In this document: positions 43,980 to 50,156 of the stretch, in pieces
How positions within the stretch are numbered: position 1 is the first letter of the stretch
Layout of the letters: every line of letters begins with the position of its first letter
Assembly: GCA_015059065.1 (NCBI GenBank)
Contig: SVBE01000001.1
Location: forward strand, 14,998 to 78,997
DNA: 64,000 nt
Direction: 5' to 3'
DNA from: Erysipelotrichaceae bacterium
GTDB lineage: Bacteria > Bacillota_I > Bacilli_A > RFN20 > CAG-826
The notes under the pieces: model-generated
What the model was told of the DNA's origin: nothing
Database searches by the model: none
Seen by the model: only the letters and a program-made list of their open reading frames with translations
Position numbers and translations under genes: made by a program

Positions 43980-44029
43980 AAATTTCTGCGACGAAAATTG
44001 CGATTTTTACACTCTTTATATATAGGGGG
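43980..44029 (+). repeat. left copy of the 50-bp inverted repeat (promoter/operator-like), directly upstream of the pilus-like operon
   Basis: AAATTTCTGCGACGAAAATTGCGATTTTTACACTCTTTATATATAGGGGG. It matches the reverse complement of 50157-50206 at 41/50 positions ungapped, with perfect blocks of 11 and 15 nt. Confidence 0.85.
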
Positions 44030-44036
44030 ACTTTTT

Positions 44037-44345
44037 ATGAACTCACTTAAAAGCATGGTAAAAATGGAAGATGAAGTCGGCGTCATCATGTCAATTTATG
44101 CGAAAAACATCTTGTCTGTTATCGATGAAAACAACAATTCCTCAATCCCAAAAATTAATCTATTTTACATCCATCGAGTACAAGAGGCATTTAACGCACT
44201 AAATGAAGAAGAACGTGAATTAATCAATAATGATTTTTTGGACGCCGATTCCCCACATTGGTGGGAACCATTTTATACGAACGAGCAATACCTGAAATTA
44301 AGGTATTCGTCTGTGAGTTCATTTTTGATGCATTTTTATGATTAA
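44037..44345 (+). CDS. small cytoplasmic protein, first gene of the pilus-like operon (possible sigma region-4/ArpU-like regulator)
   Basis: ~102 aa from ATG 44037. No TM segment. The C-terminal segment LNEEERELINNDFL...YLKLRYSSVSSFL resembles small phage-type transcription activators, but the similarity is weak and from memory only. Confidence 0.45.
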   Translation: MNSLKSMVKMEDEVGVIMSIYAKNILSVIDENNNSSIPKINLFYIHRVQEAFNALNEEERELINNDFLDADSPHWWEPFYTNEQYLKLRYSSVSSFLMHFYD

Positions 44346-45369
44346 TCTATTCCTCCATATCAAAAAAGCATTGCCTGTTCTTCTACTAATTCTATTTAGT
44401 TGCTTTTTTGCTTTCGGTGATAATTCTCCTATAAATCACCTTAAGCGTAGAAGTGCATCGTCCCCCATTCTTTTCACTAGTTCGACACTTTATGGTCCAT
44501 ATAAAGGAGGAGAAGAAATTACATTTAAATGGTCGTATAGAAATGTTTCGGGAACTAATTATAGCTCTGTCAATGATTATTTCATTGTTAGTTGTCCCTC
44601 TTATTCCTCTTCCCCTTTATTGAGCAAAAGGGTTAGTAAACATTCTTTAGCTATAGGTGCTAAACAGAATCTATCTTATTCATATAAGATTCCACCCCAA
44701 AGATTTAACACTGAATCAGGCCTTGTTATTAAAGTTGGTGTTCAGTATGGAGGGAGCTATTTATCTATAATTGAAAAAACTATAAAACCAATCAGTAGTA
44801 AAACTATTAATCCGCTTGATTATAGGTCTTCTCCATATGTTATTAAAGATAGATCATTTTATCTTAAAGATGTTGAGGTGAATGAGAGCTTTTTATTTGA
44901 CGAATATCGCGATTATGTGGAATGCGATCAGTATAATCGTCTATTGTTATCTAATCTTACTTTTAGATACAACTACCCATTAAAACTTCTTTATAAAAAC
45001 GCGAGGGTAAAATTCCTTGACCCAGAAAACATTTTTTCAAGCCTATCTTTAGATGGCGATGGTTATCGAAGCATCAATATTGTTTTAGATGATCAAGATG
45101 GAATAGTTAAAATTCTTATCCCTTCCATTTATTATGATCCACTCAGTTTAGTCCCTAACGATAAAGGGAAGGGAAATAAAACAAAATATCTATATGTTCC
45201 TAAAGGAAAAAGCAAAAAGATAGAGAAATATGAATTCATCATTGAGGCTACTGGGTTAGGGATTAACAAAACTAGCTTTTCACATTGTTTAGAATTATCA
45301 ATTTCACCTTTTTTCCTCGGTGATTGTATCGATTCAGACTACTGCATAGTTGGAGGGGTGAAAAAATGA
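44338..45369 (+). CDS. secreted protein / putative lipoprotein of the pilus-like operon
   Basis: 343 aa. The N-terminus KKALPVLLLILFSCFFA has a signal peptide with a lipobox-like LFSC. Ser/Tyr-rich with no recognised domain. 8-nt overlap with the upstream gene. Confidence 0.55.
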   Translation: MINLFLHIKKALPVLLLILFSCFFAFGDNSPINHLKRRSASSPILFTSSTLYGPYKGGEEITFKWSYRNVSGTNYSSVNDYFIVSCPSYSSSPLLSKRVSKHSLAIGAKQNLSYSYKIPPQRFNTESGLVIKVGVQYGGSYLSIIEKTIKPISSKTINPLDYRSSPYVIKDRSFYLKDVEVNESFLFDEYRDYVECDQYNRLLLSNLTFRYNYPLKLLYKNARVKFLDPENIFSSLSLDGDGYRSINIVLDDQDGIVKILIPSIYYDPLSLVPNDKGKGNKTKYLYVPKGKSKKIEKYEFIIEATGLGINKTSFSHCLELSISPFFLGDCIDSDYCIVGGVKK

Positions 45370-45749
45370 TCATTTTATTCATATCTTTGATGTTTTTATT
45401 AATGGGTTATTCTTTGTTTTCGTTTTCTTTTGCTGCACATGGCATTAATCGTTTAATTATCAACGCGCCGAGGACGATTTTTGAATATGGTGTAGTTGTT
45501 AATGATAGTGGGAACCCATATTACGAACAAGATAATATCAAGAAACGCTACAAAGCATATCTTGATGACAATATTTATCAATATGTTAATAGCTATGATT
45601 TATCATTTCGTTTTTATTACCCTGTAACAGGAGGGCTATGCGAGGAAAAATGCGAAGGAGTGGAAGTTAATATAACTTCGATTATTACCTTTTCTTTTGA
45701 GTATTCGCGAACGATGTTTTATGAAATAAGCGAGGTGCAAAATGGATAA
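45366..45749 (+). CDS. small N-terminally anchored protein (TadE/pseudopilin-like position)
   Basis: 127 aa from ATG 45366 behind SD GGAGGGG. One N-terminal TM (MIILFISLMFLLMGYSLFSFSFAA). ATGA overlap with the upstream gene. Confidence 0.5.
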   Translation: MIILFISLMFLLMGYSLFSFSFAAHGINRLIINAPRTIFEYGVVVNDSGNPYYEQDNIKKRYKAYLDDNIYQYVNSYDLSFRFYYPVTGGLCEEKCEGVEVNITSIITFSFEYSRTMFYEISEVQNG

Positions 45750-46806
45750 GAAGCAAGGTTTAGATTTCTTATATTCTACGAAATTATCTCCATATTTTAA
45801 AAAGGACAATATTACCGATATTTCGTATAATGGTATTGATATTTTTTATGTCGATAATAATGCAGGAAGAATAAAAAGCGATATCGCCTTTAGCCAAGAT
45901 GAAGCGCGCGATTTTATTCGTCAAATAGCGAATATATGTGAAAAACAGTTTTCAATGACATCGCCTAGACTTGATGTTACGATTGACAAATTCCGTATTA
46001 ACGCAATGCATCAATCAATTGGAAGAGTTAAAGACGAACAAGCTGTGACTTTTTCAATACGTATAGCTTCTAAAAAAATACGCATCTATGATGATGAGGA
46101 TTTTTTGACCGAAGAAATAAAAGAATTATTCGATGTTTTGATGGTATCTCATCAGTCTATTGTACTAGGCGGGTTACCTGGGTCTGGAAAAACGGAACTT
46201 CAAAAATATTTATTGACGAGACTTGCTAAAGATCAAAGAGCAATTGTTGTGGACAACGTCCTAGAGCTTGAAACGATTAGAGAATATATCAATTACGATT
46301 TAACGATGTGGCAGTATAACGAGAACAATCCGAATGCATCGTTGCCTTTGCTAATTAAAGAAGCGTTAAGAAATATGCCAGATTGGCTCATTTTAGCCGA
46401 AGGAAGAGGAAAAGAAATGCTTGATATTCTTAATTCGGCGGTGACGGGGTTACCGATTATTACTACTTTGCACGCTTACGATGTTCATAGCATAGTCATT
46501 AGAATGGCAAGAATGGTAATGCAAAATCAGGAAAACAGTCGTTATGAAGATGTTTTAAATGATATAAAATATCACTTTCGTTATTTCGTTTATTTAAAAA
46601 GAGAAAAAGATTCCTCAGGTGTAATAAAAAGATATATCTCTTCAATATTGCATTTAACTCCTAAAGGTGAAGCGATTGAAATATATAATAACGATTTGCA
46701 AAAGATTAGATATGGAAAAATTGATAGAGAATCGTTGTTATTGTTAAAAATTAAAAAGAATCAGACTTCTTTCATAAGAAGTTTTATAGGAGATGTAAAT
46801 GAATAG
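45742..46806 (+). CDS. tadA: CpaF/TadA/VirB11-family secretion ATPase
   Basis: 354 aa. FRINAMHQSIG...FSIR, Walker A GGLPGSGKTELQ, VDNVLELE, ALRNMPDWLILAEGRGKE (Walker B/Asp box), ITTLHA (His box). Confidence 0.85.
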   Translation: MDKKQGLDFLYSTKLSPYFKKDNITDISYNGIDIFYVDNNAGRIKSDIAFSQDEARDFIRQIANICEKQFSMTSPRLDVTIDKFRINAMHQSIGRVKDEQAVTFSIRIASKKIRIYDDEDFLTEEIKELFDVLMVSHQSIVLGGLPGSGKTELQKYLLTRLAKDQRAIVVDNVLELETIREYINYDLTMWQYNENNPNASLPLLIKEALRNMPDWLILAEGRGKEMLDILNSAVTGLPIITTLHAYDVHSIVIRMARMVMQNQENSRYEDVLNDIKYHFRYFVYLKREKDSSGVIKRYISSILHLTPKGEAIEIYNNDLQKIRYGKIDRESLLLLKIKKNQTSFIRSFIGDVNE

Positions 46807-47506
46807 TTATCGCCTTTATTTTGTTATTATCGCTTTAATCGCTTCTGGTGTTTGCTTTTTTGCGAGTGAGAATCTTTATATCACGATTGGGGTAGGGGTC
46901 GTATTTCTTATTTATCCTCAAATAATGTTAGTAAAAAAGATTGAAAAAAGTAATTCAACATATAGCCGATATCATGAGTGTTTTCACTTTGTTAACTCAT
47001 TTATTGTGAGCATTGATATACGCGGATCATTAAACGGCGCTTTTTCCTCAATAAACCCGACAATGAGTAAATCATATCAAGCTGTTTATGAAGGCATAGA
47101 GTCAAACAAAAGTGAAGATAAAATCACTTATTTGCAGAAATATTTCCCTTTCCATTACTATGGCTTATTTATAAAAATAATAAATCTTTGGCAAGAACAA
47201 GGTGGAGATATTTTATCTATGTCGTCCCATTTATTAGAAGAGGGAAGAAAAAGTGAGGAATATTTAAGATACTGTCAAGACTCACATCTCACAAGGACGA
47301 TGGAATTTGTAGTCTTATGGGTTTTTGCCTTGGTTAATCTTGTCGTGATGCGTGTTTCCTTAAACCAGTTTTTCACACATATTGTTAACAATATAGTCTA
47401 TCAGGTTGGATTAACTGCATTCTTCCTCTTCTTTCTAATAAGCATCGATATTCTTGTGAGAAAAGTTACGAGTAAAGAAGTAAAGGGGTGGGATGAATAT
47501 GAATAA
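46799..47506 (+). CDS. TadB-like inner-membrane platform protein (T2SSF-like)
   Basis: 235 aa. N-terminal TM pair, a cytoplasmic helical domain (...LWQEQGGDILSMSSHLLEE...) and C-terminal TMs. Size, topology and position after the ATPase fit TadB. Confidence 0.6.
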   Translation: MNSYRLYFVIIALIASGVCFFASENLYITIGVGVVFLIYPQIMLVKKIEKSNSTYSRYHECFHFVNSFIVSIDIRGSLNGAFSSINPTMSKSYQAVYEGIESNKSEDKITYLQKYFPFHYYGLFIKIINLWQEQGGDILSMSSHLLEEGRKSEEYLRYCQDSHLTRTMEFVVLWVFALVNLVVMRVSLNQFFTHIVNNIVYQVGLTAFFLFFLISIDILVRKVTSKEVKGWDEYE

Positions 47507-48167
47507 ATTAAGAAGAATAATTGAAGAACAAGGTCTTTCATTTTCAAAAGAGATGTTTAAATTAGCATTGATTAACGTCTTTTTCATCGCTTTAGGAGTC
47601 CTCGTTTTTTGTTTAAAGTTAGAAAAATACTATTACATAGTGGTCGTGGTGTTTTTATTGCTTGCAAATTATTTTTTCATTAGTTCTTATTCTAGTCGTT
47701 ACCAGCAGATGATTTATCAGCACGACGATGAATTAATTGCTTTGTTTTCATATTTTAAAGTTTTTATATCGAATCATATTCCGGTCTATTCGGCATTTAC
47801 AAATTTGCTTGCTTATTCAAGTGACTGGATGAAAGAAAAGATAAATCTTTTACTTAAAGAAATTGACAATGACAAAACAGTGCAGCCTTTTATACGTTTT
47901 AGCAAAAACTTTCAAAATCTAGTTTTTGAATCTTTGTGCATTTCTTTGTACCAAATGATTGATGAGGGAGAAAGCTTAGAAAAGAGCAATGAGTTCACTT
48001 TCTTATTTAACGAGGTGAATGAATCGAATATACGTCGGAAAATGGAGAAAAAGAAAAGGTCCTTAGATATTCTGGCTTCTTTTCCTCTATTTGGAAGTGG
48101 GATCATTACTGTGACTCTTACTATTAGTATTGTTTCAAGCATTGGAGGTATGATAAATGTCTTCTAA
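47493..48167 (+). CDS. TadC-like inner-membrane platform protein (T2SSF-like)
   Basis: 224 aa with the same topology as the preceding gene. 14-nt overlap with it. Confidence 0.6.
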   Translation: MNMNKLRRIIEEQGLSFSKEMFKLALINVFFIALGVLVFCLKLEKYYYIVVVVFLLLANYFFISSYSSRYQQMIYQHDDELIALFSYFKVFISNHIPVYSAFTNLLAYSSDWMKEKINLLLKEIDNDKTVQPFIRFSKNFQNLVFESLCISLYQMIDEGESLEKSNEFTFLFNEVNESNIRRKMEKKKRSLDILASFPLFGSGIITVTLTISIVSSIGGMINVF

Positions 48168-48498
48168 AATTGGAACGATTTTATCGATGTTATTTGTAGT
48201 CATGTTTTTCCTTTTTGGGACTGATTTATTATGCCTTCAATATTGCTATTCATCGCTCGATTCTAAAGGAATAACTATTTCTTATTACATAAGCAAAAAT
48301 GGCAGAATTGATAACGATTTTATTTCTTATTTATCGAATAAATACGAAGTTGAAATAATCGCAGATCAAAAACAATCAGTTGATTATGGAGACGTTGTTA
48401 GATTCACGATTAGAGATACATTTAACCCATTGGTGATATCTAGCTCAGAGATGGTTGTATCTATCTCTAGAGAAGCGATTATTGGCTATTATGGGTAG
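48157..48498 (+). CDS. small N-terminally anchored protein (TadE-like/minor pilin candidate)
   Basis: 113 aa with a single N-terminal TM (IGTILSMLFVVMFFLFGTDLL). 11-nt overlap with the upstream gene. Confidence 0.5.
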   Translation: MSSKIGTILSMLFVVMFFLFGTDLLCLQYCYSSLDSKGITISYYISKNGRIDNDFISYLSNKYEVEIIADQKQSVDYGDVVRFTIRDTFNPLVISSSEMVVSISREAIIGYYG

Positions 48499-48512
48499 AA
48501 AGGAGGGTAAGT

Positions 48513-48698
48513 ATGTCAGAGATCAAAGGACAACTATTAGGAATAATTCTCGTTTTAATGGTTTTTGGTGCGGTGTCGGCAGCAATGGTGGTTGTATTTA
48601 ATAAACTTACAAAGAGTGTCGAAGACCAAGTAACAGAAATAACTAATTCGTCATCAAAAAAGAGTGTTTACCAAATTGACGATTATCTTTCCTATTAG
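48513..48698 (+). CDS. Flp/archaeal-type pilin-like protein
   Basis: 61 aa. MSEIKG|QLLGIILVLMVFGAVSAAMVVVF has a short charged leader, Gly, then ~22 hydrophobic residues and a short polar tail. Strong SD AAAGGAGGG. Confidence 0.5.
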   Translation: MSEIKGQLLGIILVLMVFGAVSAAMVVVFNKLTKSVEDQVTEITNSSSKKSVYQIDDYLSY

Positions 48699-48762
48699 AA
48701 ATAATACTTTTTGCTTTCTTCCTCGAGGCAAAAACAATACAATATTTTTATGAGGCCTCAAA

Positions 48763-48987
48763 ATGGATGTTGTTAATACCATTAAAGTAATTTTAGCTAA
48801 GCGTGTTGATGTAACTAAACTTAAGCCTGAGGATACTTTGCCATCACTTGGTTTAGACTCTTTAGATCTAGTTGAAGTTATGCTTGAAATTGAATATGCT
48901 CTCCATATTGAATTCACAAGTGAAGAGATTACAAATTTGACTACAATTCAAAGTGTAATTGATTTGATTAATGCTAAATTAGCATAA
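48763..48987 (+). CDS. acpP: acyl carrier protein
   Basis: 74 aa. LGLDSLDLVEVMLEIE, with the DSL serine as the phosphopantetheine attachment site. Confidence 0.85.
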   Translation: MDVVNTIKVILAKRVDVTKLKPEDTLPSLGLDSLDLVEVMLEIEYALHIEFTSEEITNLTTIQSVIDLINAKLA

Positions 48988-49033
48988 AATCTTGTTTCGT
49001 TAAAATCTTTGTGATATTATCGTTGTTGCGCTT

Positions 49034-49109
49034 GCCTACCTAGCTCAGTCGGTAGAGCTATCGGCTGTTAACCGATCGGTCGTGGGTTCGAGTCCCTCGG
49101 TAGGCGCCA
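49034..49109 (+). tRNA. tRNA-Asn (GTT)
   Basis: Cloverleaf: acceptor GCCTACC/GGTAGGC, D arm GCTC/GAGC, anticodon arm ATCGG-CTGTTAA-CCGAT, T loop TTCGAGT (one U-U mismatch in the T stem), encoded CCA. Confidence 0.88.
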
Positions 49110-49114
49110 CAACT

Positions 49115-49191
49115 GGCCTGTTGGAGAAGCGGCTTAACTCACCACCCTTTCACGGTGGCATTCATGGGTTCGAATCCCATACAGGTCACCA
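49115..49191 (+). tRNA. tRNA-Glu (TTC)
   Basis: Acceptor GGCCTGT/ACAGGTC, anticodon arm CCACC-CTTTCAC-GGTGG, T arm ATGGG-TTCGAAT-CCCAT, encoded CCA. Closely resembles Bacillus tRNA-Glu. Confidence 0.9.
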
Positions 49192-49202
49192 ACCCAAAAA
49201 AT

Positions 49203-49222
49203 ACAGCTTCGGCTGTTTTTTT
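49203..49222. terminator. bidirectional intrinsic terminator after the tRNA pair
   Basis: AAAAAAT-ACAGC-TTCG-GCTGT-TTTTTT. A UUCG tetraloop flanked by A and T runs. Confidence 0.75.
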
Positions 49223-49225
49223 GTT

Positions 49226-49322
49226 GTGACTGTATGCGAACCATGAATGGTTAAGCTCTTCTCAACACCAGTTGGCACCTACACACCCACGACCAATCAG
49301 TTAACGCCTTAGGCGCACGACC
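49226..49322 (-). pseudogene. degenerate inverted copy of the tRNA-Asn/tRNA-Glu pair (pseudo-tRNAs)
   Basis: 49226-49269 aligns to the reverse complement of tRNA-Glu (GTGAC.TGTATG....CGAACC.ATGAATG[anticodon arm missing]GTTAAGC.CTTCTC.AACA). 49273-49322 aligns to the reverse complement of tRNA-Asn (TGGCaCCTAC[T arm missing]ACCCACGACCaATCaGTTAAC...). Confidence 0.65.
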
Positions 49323-49370
49323 AAAACAATGACAAAGTCATTGCTTTAGTTTTTGATACCAAAATCTTGT

Positions 49371-50123
49371 TTATGGCAAGTAATGAGTGCTGATATAATT
49401 CATGTTCTCGAGAATATTAGGCCAATAGAATTCAACTCTTCTTCGATAAGATTCGTTTTTAATTTTGGTCTTGTAGTACCTAGCATGAGGCCTAAATAAA
49501 ATTGGCCCAATATGAAGTGCTTCGATAAAGTCCCAGTCTTTGCTTTCAAGATATTTTAAAACCTGAGTGCGAGAAATGATTACACCGATATTGACATCGC
49601 CGTGATATAGATAATCTGCAGAAATGTAATCTTCTTGTGAACCCTTAAATAAAAAACGATCAACCATATCAACAACAAATCTGCGATTAGCATTTAGTTC
49701 TCTGTTGCCAAGAATGAATGGTTTCTCGAGTTTTTTTCTTAGAGCAGGATAGCTCATTCTCTCTTTTCCGGAACCATCATATGTTCCGTCTCCAAATTGG
49801 AAAAAAAGAATTGTTTTGAGCAAATAATCGTGGAAACCATAATCTCTAAGCAGATTAATAAAATTTTTAATGTATTCTTGATGAACAATGTTATTGATAC
49901 CGCTTTTCATCGAAATATAATGAGTTTCATCATTTATGGTAATGGAAAAATCAGGCTTCATTGTTCCTTCAATTTGTTTGGCATAAACGATATCGCCATC
50001 GTGACAATTAGGAAAAACAAAGCGGACAATATTCTGCAAATTAAGCGATAGTAGTGACACTGGTTTTTCATTCAGTTCAGCGACCATTTGTGACTCTTTT
50101 AATTCGCCGTGGTTATACTTCAT
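49371..50123 (-). CDS. PD-(D/E)XK restriction-endonuclease-like protein (MspI/HpaII-like core?), no adjacent methyltransferase
   Basis: 250 aa with SD GGAGGGAG. The candidate nuclease core GTMKPDFSITINDETHYISMKSG fits a PD...(S/N)xK pattern like MspI KTD...NIK. The N-terminal NHGELKE is reminiscent of the HpaII-family GEWSE. Recognition is from memory only. Confidence 0.4.
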   Translation of the reverse strand: MKYNHGELKESQMVAELNEKPVSLLSLNLQNIVRFVFPNCHDGDIVYAKQIEGTMKPDFSITINDETHYISMKSGINNIVHQEYIKNFINLLRDYGFHDYLLKTILFFQFGDGTYDGSGKERMSYPALRKKLEKPFILGNRELNANRRFVVDMVDRFLFKGSQEDYISADYLYHGDVNIGVIISRTQVLKYLESKDWDFIEALHIGPILFRPHARYYKTKIKNESYRRRVEFYWPNILENMNYISTHYLP

Positions 50124-50156
50124 AAACTCCCTCCTTTCTGGAGGCTAAACAAAAAC

